The notes beneath the pieces were generated by a model. The model was not told where the DNA came from, searched no databases, and saw nothing but the letters and a program-made list of their open reading frames with translations. The position numbers were made by a program, and so were the translations under genes. A stretch of 64,000 nucleotides of DNA from an uncultured Candidatus Saccharibacteria bacterium (lineage in GTDB: Bacteria > Patescibacteriota > Minisyncoccia > SW-4-49-11), in contig CAZWIJ010000003.1 of assembly GCA_964633865.1 (NCBI GenBank), forward strand, positions 40,656 to 104,655. Direction: 5' to 3'. This document shows, in pieces, positions 31,343 through 40,106 of this stretch. How positions within the stretch are numbered: position 1 is the stretch's first letter; every line of letters begins with the position of its first letter.

Positions 31343-32587
31343 TTATTTTTTCTCTTCCAAAATCAAAGCTATTTTATCTTTTTTACCTTTTTTTATACAA
31401 AATATTTCTTTATTTTGAACAAAATCTATGATGGATTTATCCAATAAACTTATACTTATATCTGTTATAGTTAATATATCATTATTCTCAAGTGAGATAA
31501 ATTTTATTGCTCCTGACTTTATCAAATCTTTTGATTTGGTAAGAGATATCTCAAATATATCAGCAATTATATTCACTAATTTATAATCAGATTTGGTATA
31601 AACATATTCCACAAAATCTTCTTTACTAACTTTTTTTTCTCTAAATATTCTTTCAAAATCTAATTTAGTTTGTTCTGCTATCTCTTCTCCATAATATCTT
31701 TTTACAATAGTATATCCTAAGATTTCTTTGATCTCTTTTGGATTTCTACCAGATTCTAAGTCTTTTTGGTAAATTTCAATTTGCTCAAGATCAATATCTG
31801 TAGCTAATCTAAAATAATCTAAAATCAAATCATCCTTTACAGTCATAATTTTACCAAACATATCTTGTGGACTATCATTAATAAATATTCCATTTCCCCA
31901 AGAAGTAGACATTTTTCTACCATCAAGCCCAACCAAAAATTCAAATGTCATAATATCTTGTGATTTTTGACCATAAACTTTCTGAATTTTCCTACCTGCC
32001 ATTAAGTTAAAATATTGATCATTTCCTCCAATCTCTAAATCAGACTTTACCATAACAGAATCATATCCCTGCATCAATGGATACATAAACTCTCTCAGAC
32101 TAATTCTTTGCCCTTCTTTGTGTCTTTTAGAAAAATTATCTCTATCAAGCATCTCTGAGACAGAAAAAACATCTGCTAACTCCGAAATTTGATTAAAATC
32201 TAATTTGGATAACCAATCAGAATTATATAAAATCTCAACTTGATTTAAGTCAACTATTTTTCCAACTTGATTTAAATAATCTTTTAGATTTTCATTTACT
32301 TCTTCCCTATTTAACCCTTTTCTTTCTTCAGTTTTATCAGAGGGATCACCAATTTGAGCTGTAAAGTCTCCAATTATAAAAATTATTTTGTGACCTAATT
32401 CTTGAAGTATCTTTAATTTCCAAAAAGAAATTGCTCTTCCTAAATGAATATCAGGACCAGTTGGATCAATTCCAAACTTTATTCTTAATTTTTCACCTGA
32501 AAATAACTTTTTTCTTAAATCTTCTTCTTCAATAATATTTGTTACTCCCCTTGTCAGAAATTGTTCTATTTTTTGTTTTTCATCCAT
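31343..32587 (-). CDS. tyrS: tyrosine--tRNA ligase
   Basis: GIDPTGPDIHLG, YPLMQGYD, GGNDQ, KMSTS. Confidence 0.96.
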   Translation of the reverse strand: MDEKQKIEQFLTRGVTNIIEEEDLRKKLFSGEKLRIKFGIDPTGPDIHLGRAISFWKLKILQELGHKIIFIIGDFTAQIGDPSDKTEERKGLNREEVNENLKDYLNQVGKIVDLNQVEILYNSDWLSKLDFNQISELADVFSVSEMLDRDNFSKRHKEGQRISLREFMYPLMQGYDSVMVKSDLEIGGNDQYFNLMAGRKIQKVYGQKSQDIMTFEFLVGLDGRKMSTSWGNGIFINDSPQDMFGKIMTVKDDLILDYFRLATDIDLEQIEIYQKDLESGRNPKEIKEILGYTIVKRYYGEEIAEQTKLDFERIFREKKVSKEDFVEYVYTKSDYKLVNIIADIFEISLTKSKDLIKSGAIKFISLENNDILTITDISISLLDKSIIDFVQNKEIFCIKKGKKDKIALILEEKK

Positions 32588-32593
32588 ACAAAT

Positions 32594-34912
32594 TTATTTT
32601 AAAGCTACTGGAATTACATCATCCATAGTCTCAGCAAAAACAAATTTCAAATCATCTTTTACATTCTGAGGTAATTCTTCCAAATCACTTTTATTAGATT
32701 TAGGAATAATAATAGTCTTTAGGCCTGCTCTGTGAGCTGCTAAAATTTTATTTTTGAGTCCTCCTATTTTCATAGCCTTACCTCTCAAATTTATCTCGCC
32801 AGTCATACCAACTGTTCTATCTACTTTTCTCTTAGTAAGTGCAGATATTAGAGCTGTTGCCATAGCTAAGCCCGCTGAAGGACCATCCTTTGGAGTTGCT
32901 CCTGCTGGTACATGCAAATGCATATCTTGAGATTTTATAGTCTCAACCTCTATATTGTATTTATTTGCATTAGATTTGACATAAGAGTAAGCTGCTTGAG
33001 CTGATTCCTGCATCACTTTACCAAGTTGACCTGTTAACTGTAAATTTCCTTCACCTTTAAATAGATTTGTTTCTATAAATAAGATATCGCCTCCATGAGG
33101 AGTCCAAGCAAGCCCAGTCACTACACCTATTTCATCTTTTTTATTAATTCTACTTTCCTCATATTTTTCTGACTTCAAATATTTCTCAATATTATCTGGT
33201 TTAATTTTTACCTTAAAGTCTTTATCTCCTAACATGATAAATTCTTTAGCTACTTTTCTAGCTATTTTAGATAATTCACGATCAAAACTTCTAAGACCAG
33301 CCTCAAATGTATATTTACTAATAATAGTCAAAATACTCTTATCTTCAAATTCTAAAATTTTTGGTGTTAACCCACTCTTTTTGATAACTCTAGGAACCAA
33401 ATATTGTTTAGCTATATTTAATTTCTCATCATCAGTATAACCAGTAAATTCTATAATCTCCATTCTATCTAATAATGGTTCTGGAATTGAGGATAAATCA
33501 TTTGCAGTTGTAATAAATATAATATCAGATAAATCATATTCTATATCCAAATAATGATCTATAAAATCTTTATTTTGAGCTGGATCTAGAACTTCCAAAA
33601 GAGCTGCCGAAGGATCTCCTCTGAAATCCGAACCTAATTTATCTATCTCATCTAGCATAAATACTGGATTTGAAGAACTGATATTTTTCAAACCTTGAAT
33701 AATTCTACCTGGCATAGCACCAACATAAGTTCTTCTATGACCTCTAATTTCAGTCTCATCTCTTACTCCACCAAGAGATACTTTAACAAATTCTCTACCA
33801 GTTGCACGAGCTATAGATTCTCCAATTGAAGTTTTACCTGTACCAGGAGGTCCAAAGAAACAAAGAATTGTTCCCTGTGGTTTTTTAGTTAATTTCTCAA
33901 CAGAAAGATATTCTAAGATTCTTTCTTTTATCTCTTCCAAACCATAGTGATCATTATCCAAAATTTCTTTAGCTTTGGACAATTCTATGCTAACTTTTTT
34001 CTTTTTATCCCAAGGAAGTGAAGCTAAGATCTCCAGATAATTTTGGATATAAGAGCTTTCAGGAGAAAAAGGTGGCATTTTATCCAATCTAGAAAGTTCT
34101 GTAAAAGCTTTTTTCTCAACTTTTTTTGGTAATTTTGCTTTTTTTAATTTATTCCTCAATTCTCCAAATTCACTATCTTCTTGACTCATTCCCAATTCTT
34201 TCTCTATAGTTTTCATTTGTTCACGAAGCATAGCTTCTCTAGCAAATTTACCGACTTTTTTCTGGGTTTCCTGCTGAACTTTTTGACCTAATTTCAAAAT
34301 CTCTTTTTCTTTATTAATATAAAGATTTATTTTCTTTAATTTTTCTAAAAGATCAGTCTCAGCTAATAAAGCTTGCTTCTCTTCATTTTTGATAGTTAAA
34401 ATAGAACTTATTAAAGAAGCTAACTCATTTGCTTCAATCTTATCACCTATAATTTCATTCACAACTGGAAGAGAAATTGATACTCCCATATTCAAAATAT
34501 CTTTAAATACAAGTATAATATTTCGAATTACTGCTTCAATTTCAACTAAATTCTCAATTGGCTTATTTTCTAAAAATTTAAATTCACTAAAAAATGTATT
34601 ATCTTTTTTTTCAATCTCACTAACTTCTACAGGATACAAACCTTCTACCAAAACACCCGTTGGCCCTTCTGGCATTTTCCAAATTCTAATTATTTTTGCT
34701 ACTGTACCTACATTATAAAGATTTTCAGCTTCTATTTCATCTTTATATTTTTTTTGAAAAACAAAAACAGGATCTATATTATTATCCAGAGAAAAATTAA
34801 GTGCATTTAAAGATTCTTCTCTTTCGAAAACAAGAGAAATAATTTCTTTTGGAAATAAAACTTTATTTTTTAAGGCTATCAATGGTATTTTGTTCAAATC
34901 TACTTTACTCAT
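32594..34912 (-). CDS. lon: ATP-dependent protease La
   Basis: GPPGTGKT, RRTYVGAMPG, PKDGPSAG. Confidence 0.97.
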   Translation of the reverse strand: MSKVDLNKIPLIALKNKVLFPKEIISLVFEREESLNALNFSLDNNIDPVFVFQKKYKDEIEAENLYNVGTVAKIIRIWKMPEGPTGVLVEGLYPVEVSEIEKKDNTFFSEFKFLENKPIENLVEIEAVIRNIILVFKDILNMGVSISLPVVNEIIGDKIEANELASLISSILTIKNEEKQALLAETDLLEKLKKINLYINKEKEILKLGQKVQQETQKKVGKFAREAMLREQMKTIEKELGMSQEDSEFGELRNKLKKAKLPKKVEKKAFTELSRLDKMPPFSPESSYIQNYLEILASLPWDKKKKVSIELSKAKEILDNDHYGLEEIKERILEYLSVEKLTKKPQGTILCFFGPPGTGKTSIGESIARATGREFVKVSLGGVRDETEIRGHRRTYVGAMPGRIIQGLKNISSSNPVFMLDEIDKLGSDFRGDPSAALLEVLDPAQNKDFIDHYLDIEYDLSDIIFITTANDLSSIPEPLLDRMEIIEFTGYTDDEKLNIAKQYLVPRVIKKSGLTPKILEFEDKSILTIISKYTFEAGLRSFDRELSKIARKVAKEFIMLGDKDFKVKIKPDNIEKYLKSEKYEESRINKKDEIGVVTGLAWTPHGGDILFIETNLFKGEGNLQLTGQLGKVMQESAQAAYSYVKSNANKYNIEVETIKSQDMHLHVPAGATPKDGPSAGLAMATALISALTKRKVDRTVGMTGEINLRGKAMKIGGLKNKILAAHRAGLKTIIIPKSNKSDLEELPQNVKDDLKFVFAETMDDVIPVALK

Positions 34913-34915
34913 AAT

Positions 34916-35278
34916 TTAAATATAATTTACTCTAAAATAAACTGCATAATCTTGATCTATAAACTCGCAGAATTCGTTAATATAATTTTGGACTATATTG
35001 TAATAATCTATCAGATCTGGATTGTTTTTTCTGATAACATAACACATTTCTTTCAATTCTGACTTTATATCTGTGTTATCTAAAATTTTGTTGTTAATAA
35101 TACTAAATAATTTTTCTTTATTCTTCTCAAAATCAAATTCTTTATCTTCATATTTTTCTAGTACTATATCTTGATCCCACTTTTCAAAATCCTCTGAAGA
35201 AAGATTCCCAAAAGATAAAAAAACATCAGCTAATCCATTATCAATATACTCTACAATATAGAAACTTATTACTTTCAC
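34916..35278 (-). CDS. hypothetical acidic protein
   Basis: 120-aa GTG-start ORF ending 3 nt before lon. Confidence 0.6.
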   Translation of the reverse strand: MKVISFYIVEYIDNGLADVFLSFGNLSSEDFEKWDQDIVLEKYEDKEFDFEKNKEKLFSIINNKILDNTDIKSELKEMCYVIRKNNPDLIDYYNIVQNYINEFCEFIDQDYAVYFRVNYI

Positions 35279-35368
35279 TATTTTTAATTAAGCTAATATA
35301 CTCTACATTATATATTAAATTTATGAAAATTGCAAAACTAAAATTATGAATTTTATTAATTGACAAGC

Positions 35369-35402
35369 AAAAAGAAAAATCTCATACAATCTAATGCATG
35401 AG
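35369..35402 (-). terminator. intrinsic terminator
   Basis: CTCATGCA...TGTATGAG followed by T-rich tract on minus strand. Confidence 0.65.
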
Positions 35403-35435
35403 CTAATTTTAAAGTTTAATCTTATTAATTAAAAA

Positions 35436-35792
35436 TTAATAAGTAACAGTATTGTTGTATTCAGAATATGAATCTGGACATTTTTCTCCTGTCTCAGGAT
35501 TAAATTTATATCCTGCAAGACATTTTTTGTCTTCCTCAGATATTGATGGATTATTTTGTACTACTCCTGGACAATTATAATTATAAAATGTATTTTCTAC
35601 TCCTTCAAATACTCCATAGAACATTCCATTATCAGGACATTTTTTTATACAACCCCAAGATTCTATTGAAAAACGATTGTCATAACAGTAAATTTTATCT
35701 TGAGCTTTAACTTCAAATTGAGCTTTAACTTCAAATGAAGAAGTTAAAGAAAGCACAGAAATTAAAATCCCTAAATTTAATCTTTTTGACAT
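35436..35792 (-). CDS. small secreted Cys-rich orphan protein
   Basis: Signal peptide ending EVKA, six Cys; 18-bp tandem duplication (FEVKAQ x2) at 35700-35735. Confidence 0.7.
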   Translation of the reverse strand: MSKRLNLGILISVLSLTSSFEVKAQFEVKAQDKIYCYDNRFSIESWGCIKKCPDNGMFYGVFEGVENTFYNYNCPGVVQNNPSISEEDKKCLAGYKFNPETGEKCPDSYSEYNNTVTY

Positions 35793-35803
35793 ATACTTAT
35801 TTT

Positions 35804-35850
35804 TTCTGAATGTACTTATCTACATTATCATATAACTTACATTTTGTCAA
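35804..35850 (-). promoter_or_regulatory. sigma70 promoter plus boxA-like GTACATTCAGAA
   Basis: TTGACA-17-TAATGT (TG-extended); motif 6 nt after -10. Confidence 0.55.
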
Positions 35851-35935
35851 GAATTATTTACATTTTTATTAAAATAAAAAACCCTAGACTCATAATTGAG
35901 ACTAAGGTTATGTATAAATTGTAAACTTTCAAATA

Positions 35936-36553
35936 CTATTTAGTCTCAGAAAGTTCTTTTCTTAGAGTTAGAGGATCTTTTCTGATCTCAAATTTTCTTC
36001 TTCCTAGAATAGAGTCCAAGAAATATCCTGAACTAGATCCCAAAACCTGATCAAAGTCTAATATCCCTTCATCATAAACATTACCGATAGTAGACATATT
36101 TCCAGCTACTAGTTTCTGGAATTGATTCTCTGATATTCTTTTATACCAAAGAAAGTATTCCCCATCCTCTACAGATGTAAACGAGATAGATTCTCCTTCA
36201 GGAAGAGAAAGAAATATTTCTTTCCATTCTTCACTTTTTTGGGAAAAAACTCCATCTCTTATCTCTCTTTCTAATTCGTAACATTCATCTAAAGTTTCTT
36301 TTAGATGAGATTTCTTATAATTTAAAGAATCTGTTCCTTCGCCGTAATGATATTCAGTCTGAGTTTCAAACACTAATCTTGAATATTTTTTCAAGATTTC
36401 AGAATCAAAATCCAGAATATGTAATAAAAAAGTAATTTTTTTTATTATACGATTAATATCGTATTCTATACTATTAATTTCTCTTTCAAGAGATTTAGAT
36501 TCTTCAGAATTACCAAAAGAATTACCAAACAAATTTTTAAATAAATTCAACAT
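35936..36553 (-). CDS. orphan hypothetical protein (likely start MLNLF)
   Basis: AGAGGA SD upstream; own promoter; terminator at ~35871-35909. Confidence 0.7.
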   Translation of the reverse strand: MLNLFKNLFGNSFGNSEESKSLEREINSIEYDINRIIKKITFLLHILDFDSEILKKYSRLVFETQTEYHYGEGTDSLNYKKSHLKETLDECYELEREIRDGVFSQKSEEWKEIFLSLPEGESISFTSVEDGEYFLWYKRISENQFQKLVAGNMSTIGNVYDEGILDFDQVLGSSSGYFLDSILGRRKFEIRKDPLTLRKELSETK

Positions 36554-36569
36554 ACTTAATTTCCTCTTT

Positions 36570-36623
36570 TTATCAAAGAACATTTAACAGTCATGATTAT
36601 AACATTTTTTATATATTTGTCAA
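36570..36623 (-). promoter_or_regulatory. sigma70 promoter plus boxA-like TGTTCTTTGATAA
   Basis: TTGACA-16-TATAAT (TG-extended); TGTTCTTTGATAA at 36582-36570. Confidence 0.6.
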
Positions 36624-36751
36624 GTACATTAAACGAAAAAATATTATTCCATATCATCTTTCAAATTTAAAATATCCTTCTTTTTTTATTGTCGTTTTTA
36701 ATTTATTTGATAAATATATTTTTTCTGTTATACTATATATAGTTATTTTTT

Positions 36752-36836
36752 GGAAGAGTCGCATAGAGGCCTAGTGCGCACGCTTGGAAAGCGTGTATGG
36801 GGAAACTCATCGAGGGTTCGAATCCCTCCTCTTCCG
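36752..36836 (+). tRNA. tRNA-Ser(GGA)
   Basis: GGAAGAG...CTCTTCC-G; CACGC-TTGGAAA-GCGTG; long variable arm. Confidence 0.95.
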
Positions 36837-36876
36837 CCCAAAAATTAAATATTAGGATTCTACTAATTATGGATAA

Positions 36877-37284
36877 ATAAAGATAAATACATTACATTCT
36901 CAGATTATTTCATATAATTCATCACAGATAGAAGAGGTTAGAGAAATTTGTAATTTCTTATCGGAATTCATAAATAATAATTTGAATGATTCCAAAAACA
37001 AACTCTGGCATGGTGGACCTGTTTGGTTTATCAATAGAAATCCTATAGTATCATATACTGTCCGAAAAAGTGGAAAAGTAGCTCTTATTTTCTGTAGTGG
37101 CCAAAGTTTTGATGAACCATCTTTAGTAAATACAGGTAAATTCAAAGAATCTGAGATTTTGTATAGTGACATAAAAGAAATTAACATAGATGATTTAAAA
37201 AGATGGCTTAATAAGTCAAGTAAAATCCAATGGGATTATAAAAATATTGTTAAAAGAAAAGGTGTATTGGTAAAATTAACTTAA
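36877..37284 (+). pseudogene. DUF1801/YdhG-like gene lacking a canonical start at the expected position
   Basis: Homologous-looking frame (HSQIISYN...EICNFL...KLWHGGPVWF...QWDYKNIVKRKG) is open from 36877 with no ATG/GTG/TTG until 36982. Confidence 0.6.
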
Positions 37285-37299
37285 TAAAATAATATTCTA

Positions 37300-37824
37300 A
37301 TGAAGAAATCTATATTAATAACAGCAACTCCTGGAACAGGAAAATCTGCCGTTTGTGATGAATTAAATCGACTTGGATATAAGTCATTTGGAATTGAGAA
37401 TATTGAAGGATTATTTACAATGATTAATAAGAATACTGGGAAACCTTTTGAAGATTATGATAATAATGATTTTGAGAAAGTAAAACAATCTACCTGGATT
37501 TGTAGTAAGCAAAAATTAGAAACTCTTATTAAAGAGAATTCTGATAGCACTGTATTTTATTGTGGAACTACATCCAATCTTGATGATATGCTTCCATTAT
37601 TTGACAAAATATTTTTATTAAAAGTAAATCAAAATATACTTTGTGAGAGGCTTAGTACTCGTACATCAAATGATTTTGCAAAAACAAAAGAAGTTCAAGA
37701 ATGGGTGTTTAGTTGGAAATCAGAATGGGAAAACCATATAAAAGAAAAAGGAGCCATAATCATTGATGCAAGTAAATCAATTAAAGAAGTTACAGAAAAT
37801 ATCATTAGAGAAGTACATAATTGA
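37300..37824 (+). CDS. P-loop nucleoside/shikimate kinase-like protein
   Basis: TATPGTGKS Walker A, ERLSTRTSNDF lid. Confidence 0.8.
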   Translation: MKKSILITATPGTGKSAVCDELNRLGYKSFGIENIEGLFTMINKNTGKPFEDYDNNDFEKVKQSTWICSKQKLETLIKENSDSTVFYCGTTSNLDDMLPLFDKIFLLKVNQNILCERLSTRTSNDFAKTKEVQEWVFSWKSEWENHIKEKGAIIIDASKSIKEVTENIIREVHN

Positions 37825-37843
37825 ATTAATCTTAATAATTTTA

Positions 37844-38329
37844 ATGAATAAAAATGACATTAACCCAAAATTATACTATTACACTTGTCCAGAAGCACTA
37901 GGATTCTTAGAAATAGAGTTAGATGAAGAAAATAAAATAAAAAATGCAGTTTTTACAGATACAAAAAAACATAATTATTTAGAGTCACCGGAATTAATTA
38001 AGAAAACTTTAGACGATTATTTTTTTAGAAACAAAAATTTACCTAATTATTTAATTTCAGATAAAATTGAAGGCACAGAATTTCAAAAAAGTGTTTGGAA
38101 TGCCATAATTACAATCCCATTTGGTGAGACAATAACTTATACTAAAATTGCTATTAAAATTGGAAGACCTAAAGCTTCTAGAGCAATTGGGAATGCATGT
38201 GGGAAAAACCCTATAGCTCTCTTTATTCCTTGTCATCGTGTTGTAAAAGAAAAATCAGAGAATTATGGATATTACTGGGGTAAAGAAAGAAAAAAATGGT
38301 TACTAGATTTAGAAAGAGATGATCTATAA
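37844..38329 (+). CDS. ogt: methylated-DNA--protein-cysteine methyltransferase (start reassigned to MNKND)
   Basis: GTEFQ, IPFGET, RAIGNA, IPCHRVV. Confidence 0.92.
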   Translation: MNKNDINPKLYYYTCPEALGFLEIELDEENKIKNAVFTDTKKHNYLESPELIKKTLDDYFFRNKNLPNYLISDKIEGTEFQKSVWNAIITIPFGETITYTKIAIKIGRPKASRAIGNACGKNPIALFIPCHRVVKEKSENYGYYWGKERKKWLLDLERDDL

Positions 38330-38374
38330 ATGTTATTCTCTAGAATGTATTTAAATTAAAATCGTAATAAATAG

Positions 38375-38420
38375 TTGACAAATTTTTAATTTTATAATAC
38401 AATTCATCCTGTTCTTTTGT
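38375..38420 (+). promoter_or_regulatory. sigma70 promoter plus boxA-like TGTTCTTTTG
   Basis: TTGACA(38375)-17-TACAAT; GTTCTTTTG at 38411. Confidence 0.55.
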
Positions 38421-38433
38421 TTTATTTTATTAT

Positions 38434-38847
38434 ATGAAAATTAAGATTTTTGTTTGTCTGGTAAATAAATTTTTATTAACTGAAATCAAATTTATAAAGA
38501 AAAGAAAATCTTCTATAAATTTATCGAAAAAATATGACAAAACACTTTCTGATATTACTATATTCGAAGATTTATATCTAAGAAAGCTAGATTTAGGATT
38601 AATTAAATTATCTATTAATCTAACTAACTCTAGTAAAATTAGATTAATTAAACTAAAAAAAGAAAAGTTAAATAACTTTTCTCAATATGATATTATGAAA
38701 GTTATTTTTCCAGCAAAATATAGTTTATTAAGAGAGATATCTTCAAGTAAAAGTAACCTCTTTACTTTAAATAGAGAAGATTATGAGAAAGAATTAAAAA
38801 TTTGCTCTTATATTCATAAAGTCTTAATATCTGTACACATTCCATAA
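38434..38847 (+). CDS. orphan basic hypothetical protein
   Basis: 137-aa ORF between promoter and terminator. Confidence 0.6.
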   Translation: MKIKIFVCLVNKFLLTEIKFIKKRKSSINLSKKYDKTLSDITIFEDLYLRKLDLGLIKLSINLTNSSKIRLIKLKKEKLNNFSQYDIMKVIFPAKYSLLREISSSKSNLFTLNREDYEKELKICSYIHKVLISVHIP

Positions 38848-38866
38848 ACTAAGTAATTTATATTAT

Positions 38867-38896
38867 AAAGCTATACATTTTTTGTGTATAGCTTTT
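38867..38896 (+). terminator. intrinsic terminator
   Basis: AAAGCTATACA-N7-TGTATAGCTTTT. Confidence 0.75.
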
Positions 38897-38999
38897 AAAT
38901 TTATACTTGATTTTTATTGAAAATAAAGGTATTATTATATACAAGCCGTATTTTAATATTATAATACTACGGACAATATTATTAACTAACCCTTTAAAA

Positions 39000-40079
39000 A
39001 TGAGTAACTCAAAAGAAGTCCGATCCAAAATGGATATTTTATTAGCAGAAAACCCTATAAATATACCAAATATTGGAGAAGATGTTGTTGGAAAAGTTTT
39101 AGAAATTGGAACAAATGCACTATATATAGATTTAGGAATAGGAACTGGTATAGTATTAGGAGAAGAATTAAATGATGGATTTGGGACTTTCAAACAATTG
39201 AAAATTGGTGATGAAGTAACCGCCACAGTTATGAATCTAAACACTGATGATGGATATATAGAATTATCTATGAAATCTGCATCTGAAGATAAAGTTTGGG
39301 ATGACCTATATGAGAAAAAAGAAGCAAATGAGCCTGTTGATGTAAAAATTCTTGATGCAAACAAAGGTGGACTTTTAGTACAAATAAATGGAATTGTTGG
39401 ATTTTTACCAGTTTCTCAATTAGCATATGATCATTATCCTAGAGTAGATGGTGGAGATAAAAATAAAATTTTATCTAGATTAAATGATTATATAAACACT
39501 ACTTTTAGAGTATCTATTATAACTGTTGATAGAGATGAGAATAAATTGATTGTTTCTGAAAAAATAGCTAGAAAATCTGAAGAGTTAAATCTAATTAATT
39601 CTTATGAAAAAGGTGATATAATCGAAGGTGAAATTACTGGTGTTGTAAATTTTGGTATTTTCTTAAAATTTGGAACTCCTGAGCAAAAAATCGAAGGTCT
39701 TGTGCATATTTCAGAACTTTCTTGGCAATTAGTTGAAGATCCAAAAACAATGTTTAAAGAAGGTGAAAAAATTAAAGCTAAAGTTATCGATGTGTCTAAT
39801 GGAAAAGTTTCTCTTTCCGTAAAAGCTTTATTGGAAGATCCATGGCAAACTGTTGCTGTTAATTTCAAACCTAATCAAGAAATAAAAGGTACTATATTAA
39901 AGATGAATCACTTTGGTATATTTGTTCAACTAGAAGGAAATATACGAGGGTTAGTACATAGCTCTGAAATTGAAAAGGAGAAAGCAAAATATAATGGTCT
40001 CAAAGAAGGTATTGTTCAAATATTCAAAATTATATCTGTAGATCCAGCTGAACATAGAGTTAGCTTGTGTTTAGCATAA
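39000..40079 (+). CDS. rpsA: 30S ribosomal protein S1 (four-domain form; start reassigned to MSNSK)
   Basis: S1 repeats: NKGGLLV, GFLPVSQL, EGLVHISELSW. Confidence 0.92.
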   Translation: MSNSKEVRSKMDILLAENPINIPNIGEDVVGKVLEIGTNALYIDLGIGTGIVLGEELNDGFGTFKQLKIGDEVTATVMNLNTDDGYIELSMKSASEDKVWDDLYEKKEANEPVDVKILDANKGGLLVQINGIVGFLPVSQLAYDHYPRVDGGDKNKILSRLNDYINTTFRVSIITVDRDENKLIVSEKIARKSEELNLINSYEKGDIIEGEITGVVNFGIFLKFGTPEQKIEGLVHISELSWQLVEDPKTMFKEGEKIKAKVIDVSNGKVSLSVKALLEDPWQTVAVNFKPNQEIKGTILKMNHFGIFVQLEGNIRGLVHSSEIEKEKAKYNGLKEGIVQIFKIISVDPAEHRVSLCLA

Positions 40080-40106
40080 ATTATAAAATTTAAATCTAAA
40101 TTAATA

